Shown: positions 38,586 to 48,541 of the stretch, one piece after another
Numbering within the stretch: the stretch's first letter is position 1
Layout of the letters: each line of letters opens with the position of its first letter
Origin: Candidatus Sumerlaeaceae bacterium
GTDB taxonomy: Bacteria; Sumerlaeota; Sumerlaeia; Sumerlaeales; Sumerlaeaceae
Length of the DNA: 64,000 nt
Assembly: GCA_051003195.1 (NCBI GenBank)
Contig: JBPCLP010000030.1
Span: forward strand, 40,748-104,747
Direction of reading: 5' to 3'
Translations under genes and position numbers: made by a program
The notes under the pieces: model-generated
What the model was told of the DNA's origin: nothing
What the model saw: only the letters and a program-made list of their open reading frames with translations
Database searches by the model: none

Positions 38586-39017
38586 TTACTGGTTGCGCGC
38601 TGAGCCGGCACTGCCTGCCGACATTGACTCATTATAGCCACGGCCTGCATTGCCATACTGAACTTCACTGGGTGCCTGTCCGGCCGGTTTCGGCTTTTTG
38701 ACCTTCACCTTGCGAGGCTTTTTCGGATCCGGGTTGCGTGTAAGCATTACGCGCATCACCTTCTCGTCGAGACGCAAAGAGCGTTCAAGTTCGGCAAGCT
38801 GGGCTCCCTCGCTTGTCGCCTCAAAACTAAAAAGCGCGTAAAAGCCTTCGAGCTTCTTGTTGATCGGATAAGCCAGGCGGCGTTTGCCCCAGGGGTCCAC
38901 GTTGGTTAAGGTACCGCCGCGGCGCTTGATCTGCTCCTGCGCCTTGTCCAGCTCGGCAGTGAGGTCGGCCTCTTCCAGGAACGGATCGAGAACCACCATC
39001 AATTCATACTTTGCCAT
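38586..39017 (-). CDS. rpsF: 30S ribosomal protein S6
   Basis: YELMVVLDP, WGKRRLAYPINK. Confidence 0.97.
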   Translation of the reverse strand: MAKYELMVVLDPFLEEADLTAELDKAQEQIKRRGGTLTNVDPWGKRRLAYPINKKLEGFYALFSFEATSEGAQLAELERSLRLDEKVMRVMLTRNPDPKKPRKVKVKKPKPAGQAPSEVQYGNAGRGYNESMSAGSAGSARNQ

Positions 39018-39100
39018 GTTACTTCACCTCCTCTCGGTCAATGGCCGGGGAAAGTTCCGTGGCTCCCATCGAAGGGCGGAATTCACCGGCAAGGAGCGGG
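39018..39100 (-). promoter_or_regulatory. S6:S18 ribosomal protein leader RNA
   Basis: Minus strand GCTCCTTGCCGG...CCGGCCATTGACCGAGAGGAGGTG-ATG: CUCCU can pair with the AGGAG RBS, with the CCR bulge, as in the known rpsF leader. Confidence 0.72.
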
Positions 39101-39278
39101 CGTACAACACCCGCAATTGCATGGGACGTGGCTACAAAAGCGGTGCTATGGCTATTCAGCATGCGGCAATTCAGCATAGGAATAGTCGAAGCACCGACAG
39201 ATAAGTGGCTGTCAAGAACAAACGTTCTAGCGCTGCGCAGGCCACTCTAAATTACATAGAGATGTCCACCAGCCCGTT

Positions 39279-39449
39279 TTAACCTGGTGGGCAGTTAATA
39301 CCTGGGCAGCTGACAATTACGCCAGCGTAGTGTACTTCTCGGACGAGGGCCTCAGGTGTCAGCACCAGTTCAACCTGCGGTGCCTGGTAAATTTCCAGGT
39401 TCTTCTCGGCGCTTACGCACGAGTTAGCCTGAACTTCTGCAATCTTCAT
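39279..39449 (-). CDS. 56-aa RiPP-precursor-like peptide
   Basis: GGAGG RBS; leader-like YQAPQVELVLTPEALVREVHYAG then core-like VIVSCPGINCPPG. Confidence 0.65.
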   Translation of the reverse strand: MKIAEVQANSCVSAEKNLEIYQAPQVELVLTPEALVREVHYAGVIVSCPGINCPPG

Positions 39450-39538
39450 TGTTCGCCTCCAGCTCAGAAATTCGTGAGTAACTGAGTTCCGGCCATCTGC
39501 GTTTGCAATCAAATTCGAACGGTTCGCCGTGTCTAAAT

Positions 39539-40465
39539 TCAAGACGTTTGAAGAAACTGCACGATCCCCGGCAAACACCTAAAGCTCAGTTCACATGGGT
39601 TCTCCAATGCCACAGGCTCGCCATCGAGTTGAACAGACAGCGGACGTTCGGATTTCAGCACGCACTCAGCAGCGCCGAAGTGTTCCACACCGGCAACATC
39701 TGCACGCCAACCCGCGCCGTATCGGACATTCCAGAACCACCTGGCCATACTTAGTACACTGGCATTACGAAACAGCTGCAGATCTAGTAGTACTGGAAAA
39801 TTAGGCTGCTCACGTATGATTCCGAAGCCGGCATAATTGTGCACGTTGCTGACCACCAGCGAGTGCCCCAGGGTGCATACATATGACTCGCGTGCCTGGT
39901 CGGGTGGCGAAAAATATCGAGGTTCAAACTCGAGCTGAAATTCAGGCAGCTCGCGCAAGCGTGCCGTCACTCGAATACCACTTTCGAAAAAGGCCAGCTT
40001 TCCATGGCGTCGTTTTAATTCCGGGTTGATCCCGTGCATAATCGCGGCGTGGTATCCGACGCTGGCAAATACGGCAAAGCGGCGCCCCTGCACCTCGCCT
40101 AAGTCCATTGGGCGTGCGGTTGCATTCAGCAGCCATTGTACCGCCTCGATGGGATCCCGTGGAACCTTGAGCGACCGCGCCAACGCATTCATCGTTCCCA
40201 TTGGAACGACACCGTACGTGACCTGCGCGTCGCGCAACTGATTGATCAGGTGGTAAACGGACCCGTCTCCGCCACCTAACCAGATAGTGTCGAAGCCATG
40301 TTCGATTGCCTCTCGCGCAATCTGCTCGGAGTGCTCTGGTGAATCGCACAGCTCCAGCCGATGCTCCACACCCGCGCGGCGGATTAACGCCTTCATTTGA
40401 TCGAGCAGACGCGGATCAGGAGGCTGGTTGCGCCTGCGGCGATTTATCAGAAAAAGGAGCCGCAT
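39539..40465 (-). CDS. Diacylglycerol/lipid kinase family protein (YegS/DAGK)
   Basis: GGDGS, PMGTMNALARSL, MDLG, QLDGE. Confidence 0.9.
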   Translation of the reverse strand: MRLLFLINRRRRNQPPDPRLLDQMKALIRRAGVEHRLELCDSPEHSEQIAREAIEHGFDTIWLGGGDGSVYHLINQLRDAQVTYGVVPMGTMNALARSLKVPRDPIEAVQWLLNATARPMDLGEVQGRRFAVFASVGYHAAIMHGINPELKRRHGKLAFFESGIRVTARLRELPEFQLEFEPRYFSPPDQARESYVCTLGHSLVVSNVHNYAGFGIIREQPNFPVLLDLQLFRNASVLSMARWFWNVRYGAGWRADVAGVEHFGAAECVLKSERPLSVQLDGEPVALENPCELSFRCLPGIVQFLQTS

Positions 40466-40531
40466 CTGTTTCCCCGGATAATCATGCGGTAACAACAAGC
40501 CACTGCCATACCACAAGAGAGACCGCGAGCT

Positions 40532-42154
40532 TTACCGATTTGCTCCAGGAGTCGCGAACTGAACAACCTCAGCACTATCGTTCCAGCCGAGACGGCACGC
40601 TTTCGCAGTTATCGTGGTGGGTTGGTCCACAGCAACTGGCCCAGAGTACAGCACCCATGGTTGCTTTGCCTGCTTCGTTTCCTTCCGATATGCGATCGAA
40701 GCTCCGTCTGTTTCACTTTGAAGAACAACCTGCCCGTCACTATTCACCGTTATCACGGGGCTGGCAGCCTGAGACCATTTTCCACCGGGTCGCATCTGCT
40801 CCTGCAATTGTGCTTCGGGGATCAAGCCGAGATCGCCTGTTTTTGTGCGCCAGGTTTCCAGCTCAGCACGCATTTGCAGGAGTGTCTGGCGGTGCGCAGC
40901 TGAGCTTGTAAGGTCGTTTGTTTCGTGTGGGTCCTGCAAGCAGTCATACAGTTCCTCGATGGGCTTGCCCGGTCGGAAGAAAAGCTCCTGCACCGGGTTC
41001 AGCTTCCCCTCTGTATGTAATCTTCGGAGTTCCTGCATCGTCGGCGTTTTTTCACCATAGAGAATCGTTTGCGCATATGGCTTTTCGGGTTCGAAGTTCC
41101 GAATGTATTTAAAGCGCTGATCGCGTACACAGCGGATGACATCGTACGTTTCATCCATGCGGTCTCGAGCTGCGAAGATGTAACGGTGCGGCGTATGACT
41201 ATCCCCAAGGATGGGGCGACCCTGCATTTTCTCCGGCACCTTTAGTCCAGCCAACCGCAGTACGGTAGGCGCGAAATCGACAAAGCTGACCAGGTCGCTG
41301 CATATAGTGCCTGGCGATGTCACTCCTGCACCGCGGATGATCAGCGGGACGCGAATGCCCGAATCGTATACCCAACGCTTCCCTCGCGGAAGCCCGCGCC
41401 CATGGTCGCTGAAAAAGAAAACGATGGTGCTGGTAGTCAGCTGTTCATCTTCAAGCTCGCGCAGGAGAGCTCCCGCCTGCTTATCCATCGCGGTGATCAG
41501 GTCATAATAGCGAGCCATATCTTCCCGCACGATGGGGGTGTCTGGATAATACGGGGGCAGCGGTACGACAGCGGTACTGTGCCGCTCGCCGGCCGGCACA
41601 TCCAGGAGGAGCTTTTCTATTTCCTCCTTCGACTGGTGAAACTTGGATTCGTGCGTGCTAATTAAGTTAAAAACCGAGAAAAACGGCGTGCCCGCGGGCC
41701 TGTTTTTCCAGTGCGCACTTCGGCCGTTTTCGTCCCAGGCTGTCACGGGGCTGTCGAAATTGTAATCCGTTTTCGAGTTGTTCGTGCAGTAATAACCCGC
41801 GGCACGCAGATATTCCGTAAAGCACCGCACGTAAGCGGGCGGCACGGCCTTGCTGCGCATGTGGTGGGTGCCAATCGTGGTGGGGTACATACCCGTGATT
41901 AAAGAGGAGCGGCTGGGAGCGCACACCGGCGCCGCCGCAAACGTGTTGGTAAACCGCATAGCTTGCGACGCAAACAGGTCGAGGTTGGGTGTGTGTGCTG
42001 CCGTGTCACCATAACAACCAAGGTCCGGACTCATATCCTCACACGTTATCCAGAGGATGTTAGGCTTTTCCGCTGCGCCGCAATTCGGCGCAACTAAGGC
42101 AATCGCGATGAACGCGATTGTCCGCAAGACCGCGCCGCTGAATTTGAACATCAT
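40532..42154 (-). CDS. Secreted Cys-type (FGly) sulfatase with C-terminal beta domain
   Basis: Signal peptide, PNILWITCED, CAPSRSSLITG, FFSDHG; start at MMFKF inferred. Confidence 0.93.
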   Translation of the reverse strand: MMFKFSGAVLRTIAFIAIALVAPNCGAAEKPNILWITCEDMSPDLGCYGDTAAHTPNLDLFASQAMRFTNTFAAAPVCAPSRSSLITGMYPTTIGTHHMRSKAVPPAYVRCFTEYLRAAGYYCTNNSKTDYNFDSPVTAWDENGRSAHWKNRPAGTPFFSVFNLISTHESKFHQSKEEIEKLLLDVPAGERHSTAVVPLPPYYPDTPIVREDMARYYDLITAMDKQAGALLRELEDEQLTTSTIVFFFSDHGRGLPRGKRWVYDSGIRVPLIIRGAGVTSPGTICSDLVSFVDFAPTVLRLAGLKVPEKMQGRPILGDSHTPHRYIFAARDRMDETYDVIRCVRDQRFKYIRNFEPEKPYAQTILYGEKTPTMQELRRLHTEGKLNPVQELFFRPGKPIEELYDCLQDPHETNDLTSSAAHRQTLLQMRAELETWRTKTGDLGLIPEAQLQEQMRPGGKWSQAASPVITVNSDGQVVLQSETDGASIAYRKETKQAKQPWVLYSGPVAVDQPTTITAKACRLGWNDSAEVVQFATPGANR

Positions 42155-42262
42155 CCCAAAATCGTGCGAGGCTGTCATTCGGCGTGCAACCCAATCTTGC
42201 AGGCGGAAGATTCTACCTTCTATGCGAATCGTTGCGCTGCTTAACTGTTCGTGCTGGTGGTT

Positions 42263-42925
42263 ATGTCGGAGCGCATTCTTCTCTCCATACAGGTAGGTGA
42301 GCCACAGTCGGTACCAGCCATCGACGGCAAACCGTTTCGCACCTCCCTTTTTAAAACTCCAGTCTGCGAGGCAATCTGGTTGGCGGCCGCAAACCTGGAG
42401 GGCAACAGGCAAGCCGACCTGCGATACCACGGTGGACACGACAAAGCGGTGTGTTGTTTTGCTTCGGAACATTATGCGGCGTTAGCCGAGTTTGTTGGCG
42501 CGGAACTTCCGCACGGCGCTTTCGGTGAGAACTTTACATTACGCGGCATGCTGGAGGGGGAGGTCTGCCTTGGCGACCGTTATCGAGTCGGCGATGCGGT
42601 GGTCGAAGTGAGCCAGCCGCGTCAACCTTGTTCGAATCTTTCCAGGCGGTGGGGCAAAAAAACGCTACCCAAAACCATGGTGGGACATGGATTTACAGGC
42701 TTCTATACACGTGTGATTGAAGAGGGAATGGTGCAGCCTGGTGAGCCGCTGCTGTTGCTGGAACGCCCTTTGGAACAGTGGACCATAGAGCGGCTTAACA
42801 GGATCATGTTCGTGGATAAAGAGAACCTGGAGGCGCTTGGCGAATTGGTTAAACTATCGCAGCTGGCTGTTGATTGGCGAAAAGTCTTTGAAGAGCGCTT
42901 AAAAGCCGGCACGCAGTCTGTGTAG
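42263..42925 (+). CDS. MOSC domain protein (YiiM-like)
   Basis: QADLRYHGGHDKAV, GAFGENFT, SQPRQPC, TGFYTRVIEEG, 3-alpha tail. Confidence 0.92.
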   Translation: MSERILLSIQVGEPQSVPAIDGKPFRTSLFKTPVCEAIWLAAANLEGNRQADLRYHGGHDKAVCCFASEHYAALAEFVGAELPHGAFGENFTLRGMLEGEVCLGDRYRVGDAVVEVSQPRQPCSNLSRRWGKKTLPKTMVGHGFTGFYTRVIEEGMVQPGEPLLLLERPLEQWTIERLNRIMFVDKENLEALGELVKLSQLAVDWRKVFEERLKAGTQSV

Positions 42926-42956
42926 GGAATGGCCGTACCCCCTTGCCAGCGGGTGC

Positions 42957-43448
42957 TCAGCTGGCGTCGTAAACCCCGGATTTGCCACCTTTTTTGTGCA
43001 GTAGCCGTATATTGGAAATGACCATAGTTTTATCCACCGACTTGGTCATGTCATAGATCGTTAACAGCGCAACAGAAACGGCGGTGAGCGCTTCCATTTC
43101 CACACCGGTAATGCTCGTCGTTCTGACTTCCGTCCGCGCGTGGATATTACACTCAGAATGGCGGATTTCGAAAGTCAGATCCACATAGCTGATCGGCAGC
43201 GGGTGGCAGAGCGGAACCAGTTCGGACGTTCGTTTGGCCGCTAGAATTCCGGCAATCTTGGCGACCGTAAGTACATCGCCTTTCGGTAGCTTGTTATCTG
43301 TGAGAAGCCTCAGTGTTTCCGCGGAAAATGAAATCTGGCCTTCGGCGATGGCAATTCGTGCGGTGGCTGATTTGTTGCCGACGTCCACCATATGCGCACG
43401 ACCGGCGTCGTCCAGGTGGCTAAACTTCGCATGGTTCGGTTCAGACAT
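42957..43448 (-). CDS. moaC: Cyclic pyranopterin monophosphate synthase
   Basis: AHMVDV, KGDVL, LVPLCHP, TGVEMEALT, YDMTKSVD. Confidence 0.97.
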   Translation of the reverse strand: MSEPNHAKFSHLDDAGRAHMVDVGNKSATARIAIAEGQISFSAETLRLLTDNKLPKGDVLTVAKIAGILAAKRTSELVPLCHPLPISYVDLTFEIRHSECNIHARTEVRTTSITGVEMEALTAVSVALLTIYDMTKSVDKTMVISNIRLLHKKGGKSGVYDAS

Positions 43449-43456
43449 CGTACCTG

Positions 43457-43861
43457 CTATATGGTCTCGATGCCATTCTGCTTAAGCATTTTCTCGGCCT
43501 TACCGGGTGTTTGCACGCCAAGGATTACCAGCGTTTCGGTTGATCTGTTGGGGCAGATATACAGGTAATCCACGTTGATGCGCTGATCGGCGAGCACGCG
43601 CAATGCGCGGTCCAGCGAGCCGACTTCGTCGGGCAACAGCACGGCCAGGGCTTCACCTGCGTCGGCCTGGATGCCACAATCCTCGAGGGCCTCTTCAGCG
43701 AGTTTTGGCTTATCGACTATAAACCGGACCCAGCCTGTTTTGCCTGCGCTCGATGCGGTGACGGCCTTGATATTTACGCCGGCTTCGGCAAGAATCGCCG
43801 TAATCTGCACAAGCTGGCCGGGGGTGTTTTTTAGCTGCACAGAAATTTCAGGTACTGACAT
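43457..43861 (-). CDS. ACT-domain protein (tandem ACT)
   Basis: ISVQLKNTPGQL, AGVNIKA, INVDYLY. Confidence 0.88.
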   Translation of the reverse strand: MSVPEISVQLKNTPGQLVQITAILAEAGVNIKAVTASSAGKTGWVRFIVDKPKLAEEALEDCGIQADAGEALAVLLPDEVGSLDRALRVLADQRINVDYLYICPNRSTETLVILGVQTPGKAEKMLKQNGIETI

Positions 43862-44030
43862 TCAAACAGCCTATCTTCGATGTTGTGTGAGCCGGACGTT
43901 TGGGGGGCAGGCAAGTCTTCACAAGCAATTTTTTGGAGAGCCTGGGAGTTTGGCGTTTTCCGCCCGCGTTATTTCTTGCAGTAACAAAGGGGGGGCAACT
44001 TTGTTTATGTATCCTTTAGCGGAGCAGAAC

Positions 44031-44309
44031 ATGAAAGTAACCCTGGAACGAGGCGAGATCCTGGATGTCGCACTTATAGACAACGATCGAATTATCGGAA
44101 CATTAAGTCTTCAATTGCGTGGGCTTTCGGTAGGGGCACGTTTTAGTGGTGCATCGGCACCGGCTGCGGCAGCGGACAACGCAGGTAAGCGCAATGGACG
44201 CCGTCGTAAGCGTGGACCATTGTCGCCGGAGGCGCGCGCCAGGATGGCCGATGCGCAGCGTCGCCGCCGCGATAAAGAAAAGGGCCCGGGCGAAAAGTCT
44301 GCCAGTTAA
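44031..44309 (+). CDS. Small basic protein, putative nucleic-acid binding
   Basis: GGAG RBS; C-terminal RRRKRGPLSPEARARMADAQRRRR. Confidence 0.65.
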   Translation: MKVTLERGEILDVALIDNDRIIGTLSLQLRGLSVGARFSGASAPAAAADNAGKRNGRRRKRGPLSPEARARMADAQRRRRDKEKGPGEKSAS

Positions 44310-46013
44310 TTAACCGCCATGCGGGAAGAACATCCACGCGGATAATAGTAAACCGATTATGACCAGCGCAACGCTATAGAAAAACAGCTTAAATAACAGT
44401 GCATTGATGTCCAACTTAAGGTACCCACATATCCAGATGTTCTGAGTCGTCGTGGGATCCTGTAGCATGCCTACTGCGCGGAGCGCTCCCATGGTAGCAG
44501 CGGGTGGCATGAAGTTCTGCATGAGCTTGGCAATGCCGATTCCAAGCCCGAATTCGTTGAGGGGCCCACGATACAAAGCCAGCGGAGCCGCACAAAGGAA
44601 GAAGATCACGTAGGGGAGTGGCTCGGTAGGCACAACCCGGGCAAGAATGGGGGTAAGCACTGCGTCGACCCGGGGGTGTGTCGCGGCTGCAATGAGCATA
44701 CCTATGCCGGCCATAAGCACTACCGGAGCAGCAACATCACCAACCCCGTCAATGATCGACCTGCTCAGTTTCTGCATCCCCCGTTCGCGTGGAGTTGTAA
44801 GAAACCCGTATGCCATCGCAGCGAGAAACGCGGGAATAATCGCATTCCCGAACCCCAGGATCAGAAGGAAAAGCAGCGGGAGAATTGGCGTCAGGAGGTT
44901 CCATTGAACGGTTTGGCGCTTATGGACCCGGTATTCGTATTGTGCATGCACGACCAGAACTGAAAGAACCATCAGTGCCGCTGGCAGACGGTATTTTATC
45001 CAATAAGAGGTGATGCCTGCTATAGGCGGCTGCAGCGCTGGTACCCAGGCTCCCAGCTTTGTACTTACGAAATAAACAATCAGCGCGGCTATTGCGAACA
45101 AACCAATAATACCAACGGACTTGAAGATACTCGCCGCCGTCACGGTCGTGCGTTTCATACGCAGAAATTCGATCACTAAAAACGCGATTAGAACAACCAC
45201 TTGTATAGCGGCCCAGATGAGAAAATATCTGCGGACAACATCGAGGCTGAGGTCAAACAGGTTTGCGAGACGTGCCCAGTCAGCAGGATTCAGACAGGAC
45301 CCGACAGGGAACGCGAGCATTAGCAGGCTTCCACAAACGACCGGGGACACGCCAAGAGAGACGAGTATCGGGAACATGACGGTCCCGAGCATAATGATCA
45401 TTGGCAGGCCGCCCGTAGCCGTAAAGACCAGGATGCTGATCGCACTCATCAGCAGGGCAATAAAGAAAGGGTCTTCTCCGCCAAACTCTGCCGCATATTT
45501 AACAATGCGCTCGGCAATTTTTGCGTCACTGATAAAGCGAGCAAACATACCGCCGAACAACACGTAAATGATCGCCTTATATAACCTGAAAGCTCCGCTC
45601 GGCTCGCCAGTTGTTTTGCCTTCCAGGATAGTGCTTAATATCCCGTCGTTGCCAACGAGTGGCACGTTCGCGAAAACACCGATTCCGAGAGCCATGAGGG
45701 GTAGCGCCACCATTGCAGGCAACCAGCGGAGCGCGATCAGAACCGCGATGATGATGAAAAGTACCAGGATGGCTGATGCACGTGTCGCCATCTCCGCGGT
45801 TATTGGTACTGCCGAGTAGTCATTTGGCGCCCTGGTTCCAGCCTTTGCAGCGGCCGATGCAGACAGCAGAGGTTCTGTCGTGGCTTCTTGTCCGGCGACG
45901 ACGACCGGAACTGTTGTTTGCGCCGCGCTCTCAAGCGGCAGAACCAGAAACGCGGCATAGAGTACAGCGGCGAGCATGGAGAGATTACGGGCGGCCAACA
46001 CTAGTTTCGGCAT
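44310..46013 (-). CDS. Secondary transporter, IT/GntP-citrate-like superfamily
   Basis: More than 12 TM segments; IAERIVKYAAEFGG, PLALYRGPLN, DPTTTQNIW. Confidence 0.75.
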   Translation of the reverse strand: MPKLVLAARNLSMLAAVLYAAFLVLPLESAAQTTVPVVVAGQEATTEPLLSASAAAKAGTRAPNDYSAVPITAEMATRASAILVLFIIIAVLIALRWLPAMVALPLMALGIGVFANVPLVGNDGILSTILEGKTTGEPSGAFRLYKAIIYVLFGGMFARFISDAKIAERIVKYAAEFGGEDPFFIALLMSAISILVFTATGGLPMIIMLGTVMFPILVSLGVSPVVCGSLLMLAFPVGSCLNPADWARLANLFDLSLDVVRRYFLIWAAIQVVVLIAFLVIEFLRMKRTTVTAASIFKSVGIIGLFAIAALIVYFVSTKLGAWVPALQPPIAGITSYWIKYRLPAALMVLSVLVVHAQYEYRVHKRQTVQWNLLTPILPLLFLLILGFGNAIIPAFLAAMAYGFLTTPRERGMQKLSRSIIDGVGDVAAPVVLMAGIGMLIAAATHPRVDAVLTPILARVVPTEPLPYVIFFLCAAPLALYRGPLNEFGLGIGIAKLMQNFMPPAATMGALRAVGMLQDPTTTQNIWICGYLKLDINALLFKLFFYSVALVIIGLLLSAWMFFPHGG

Positions 46014-46018
46014 AGTCG

Positions 46019-46471
46019 CTACCAGGGCTTCAGTGGTTTCAATTTAGTGTTAACGAATGCCAGCAACTCCGTGGAAAACGGCTCGTGCTCGTCACAAAGC
46101 TCGAAACATTCTGCTCCGGCGGATGCAGTTGCTATGAGCCTGGCACGTGCGCCGGTTCCGATGTAAATTCCATGAGGATCGTTTCCAGTAGCGCCGGCAA
46201 CAATCTGCGCGCTGGTTAAGTACACGGGTGTGATTCTGACGTCCGGCGCGGCAGAAAAGAGGGAGGCGATTTTCGGCAGGTAGGTCACTACCGACGGGAA
46301 TTCTTCCACATGAACGGGCGCGGTGGACACATACCATGTTCCACCAGCCATAGCCGGCACGACCTGTTCGGCAGGGGAGTAGTCGAGCGCCAGTCGGGCT
46401 ATAATACGCTCCAATTGCGCCTCGGGGGATTCGATAAAAAAAATCAGTCTGGCCTGTTCCAGTTCACCCAT
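46019..46471 (-). CDS. Hypothetical protein, divergent DUF4416-like
   Basis: ITPVYL...PHGIYIGTG resembles the DUF4416 C-terminal motif. Confidence 0.45.
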   Translation of the reverse strand: MGELEQARLIFFIESPEAQLERIIARLALDYSPAEQVVPAMAGGTWYVSTAPVHVEEFPSVVTYLPKIASLFSAAPDVRITPVYLTSAQIVAGATGNDPHGIYIGTGARARLIATASAGAECFELCDEHEPFSTELLAFVNTKLKPLKPW

Positions 46472-46487
46472 CGATAAAAACTTTCTC

Positions 46488-47852
46488 CTACAAGCCCCTG
46501 ATCTTTACTGTGATCACCTGTCCGATTATATAAGTCGCGAGCACTGCGTAGTATCCGATAAAGATCTGACGCTTGGGGAGAGTCCAACCGTATGCGGCGA
46601 ATGCAATGCAGATATACTCCATGTAATAACGCTGCCGCGGTGCATCTCCGCCATAGCTTGCGGTCAGAAGAATCAGCGCGCCGCCAATGCCAGCCATGAT
46701 GGGAAGCGCGGCGACCTTCACATTCTGCCGCAGGCTATACACAAAAGCCACTATCGCTGCCGGATAGACCAGCAGGTACATGAACCACATACCCGGATAC
46801 AAACCATATAGCGGGCGGTCTCCACGGCCGGCAAGCCAGGCGAATGGACCGAGCATCAATCTCGGAATTCCGGCAAGCAGGTGGCCGGGTACATCCCAGG
46901 GCGACCGGACGCTTTTAGGACCGAGTTCGACAAGGCTGCTCCACATCTGGTTAAAACGTGCAGCGCCGCGGTCGGTATAAAGCGCGGTCATCGTTATGAT
47001 GAGCGCGGTGGCGGCAAAAACGGTCCACGCTACGCGTCGCGGCAACTGTGCTGCCAGGTAAGCGATCGCGGCAACGAGCAGCGACGCGGCACAGTACACC
47101 CTGATGGTGTAAAGCACGTAAGTGGCCGCGAGAAAAGCAAGACCGGCAGCGACATCCCTGCGCTGAAACATCCGGACGAGCAGCCAAAGGCTCGCGACAA
47201 ACCATGCAGCGAGATACAAATCCTTCAGCAGGAACTGGCTCCAGTAGAGCTGAGTGGGATGCAAAGCGGCAAGGCCGGCGGCAATCGCAGCGGCGCTGGA
47301 ATTCACGCGCAGTCGAAGATCCAGCGCCAGCAGATAACAGAACAGCGGGAGAACAGCGGCACTGAGTAAATTCAGGAAGAGCCCGGCTAAAGGCTTCGTT
47401 CCAAATACATAGAACGCACTCGCGAGTGACCGATGGTACCCCGTGTGCAGCGTACCCAGAAAATAAGGCTGACTGCCTTTGCGCGTAATGTCAGGGAAGA
47501 TATTTGCTTTCCAGGCATCCGCCACTGCCGCGGATTGCGCGAAGTATTCGCGGTCGTCGTACCAGAAAGTGGGGCCCGCTGGATCATACCCGAGCCTCGT
47601 CAGCATAACCACAAGCTGACAGAGAACGACAGCAACCGTTATCGCCGCAAGCAGCCGTTGGTGTTGGCGAGGCACTGTCCAAATTGCTGTGACCGTGCAG
47701 GCGATCAACAGGCCGATGGGCAGCAACCATGGCGCAGAAGGAAGTATGGGCGCCATTGCCAGGCAGATTCCTGTTGCTGCGACAAAGACGATAGCCATCC
47801 GTGCGTTGGTGATCTGCAGCCGGCTGAGACGTTCCGCGATCAGTCGCTGCAC
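46488..47852 (-). CDS. Polytopic membrane protein, putative GT-C glycosyltransferase/polymerase
   Basis: WYDDREY, LHPT..WSQFLLKD, IR, RQRYY; many TM segments. Confidence 0.65.
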   Translation of the reverse strand: MQRLIAERLSRLQITNARMAIVFVAATGICLAMAPILPSAPWLLPIGLLIACTVTAIWTVPRQHQRLLAAITVAVVLCQLVVMLTRLGYDPAGPTFWYDDREYFAQSAAVADAWKANIFPDITRKGSQPYFLGTLHTGYHRSLASAFYVFGTKPLAGLFLNLLSAAVLPLFCYLLALDLRLRVNSSAAAIAAGLAALHPTQLYWSQFLLKDLYLAAWFVASLWLLVRMFQRRDVAAGLAFLAATYVLYTIRVYCAASLLVAAIAYLAAQLPRRVAWTVFAATALIITMTALYTDRGAARFNQMWSSLVELGPKSVRSPWDVPGHLLAGIPRLMLGPFAWLAGRGDRPLYGLYPGMWFMYLLVYPAAIVAFVYSLRQNVKVAALPIMAGIGGALILLTASYGGDAPRQRYYMEYICIAFAAYGWTLPKRQIFIGYYAVLATYIIGQVITVKIRGL

Positions 47853-47880
47853 TTAATCACCTGTGCCGAAGTGACATGCC

Positions 47881-47914
47881 AAAACGAAAGCGGCAGGCCA
47901 TGTGGCCTGCCGCC
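47881..47914 (-). terminator. Terminator after carD
   Basis: Minus strand GCGGCAGGCC-ACAT-GGCCTGCCGC-TTTCGTTTT. Confidence 0.8.
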
Positions 47915-47940
47915 TGGTTCTGCTGGGTTGTTCAGCTCAA

Positions 47941-48483
47941 TCAAAGCTGCGTAGCGGCGTTTTTCTTTCGAGTCTCTCGATCTTTCTGCACCTTCTTCTT
48001 ATACATCTGCTTAAGCGACTCGGTAATGTCGTCGGTAATCTTGGTCTTTGCGTCCGCGCGTATGTAAGTGATCTCATCCACCAGGAACTTGCGGGCCTGC
48101 TCCATGATCTCGCGCTCCTTGCCCTTGAGTTCATTCGTCTGGTCCAGGGTGTAGAGATCGCGCAGAAGTTTCGAGATCTTGCTTGGGTCACCGCTGTTCA
48201 TGATCTCGCGATAGGCGCTGTATTGCATCTTCGCATCGTTACGATTGGGCGACGTAGGCACTTTAAGAAGAGCGAGTACTTTCTTGGACTCTTCCTTGCT
48301 CATCGGCTTTCGAACGCCGCGCTTCTCGATTTGAGTTTTGGGGACAAGCACGGTCGCGTTGTTGGGCGCGTGGAATACGTAATATTCGCGTGTCTCCCCA
48401 TCAACCGTCATTCGGCGGATGCCCTCCACGTTACAAATCCCGATGCTGGGCTCCACCACCGTGTCACCTATTTTGAATTCCAT
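47941..48483 (-). CDS. carD: CarD family transcriptional regulator
   Basis: FKIGDTVV..GIC.VEGI, VLVP, GVRK, ARKFLVDEI. Confidence 0.9.
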   Translation of the reverse strand: MEFKIGDTVVEPSIGICNVEGIRRMTVDGETREYYVFHAPNNATVLVPKTQIEKRGVRKPMSKEESKKVLALLKVPTSPNRNDAKMQYSAYREIMNSGDPSKISKLLRDLYTLDQTNELKGKEREIMEQARKFLVDEITYIRADAKTKITDDITESLKQMYKKKVQKDRETRKKNAATQL

Positions 48484-48541
48484 TTTCAATCTGCGCCTCT
48501 AGTTTAAGAATGTAACCGCGCCGCCCAATGCTCCGGGCGAT

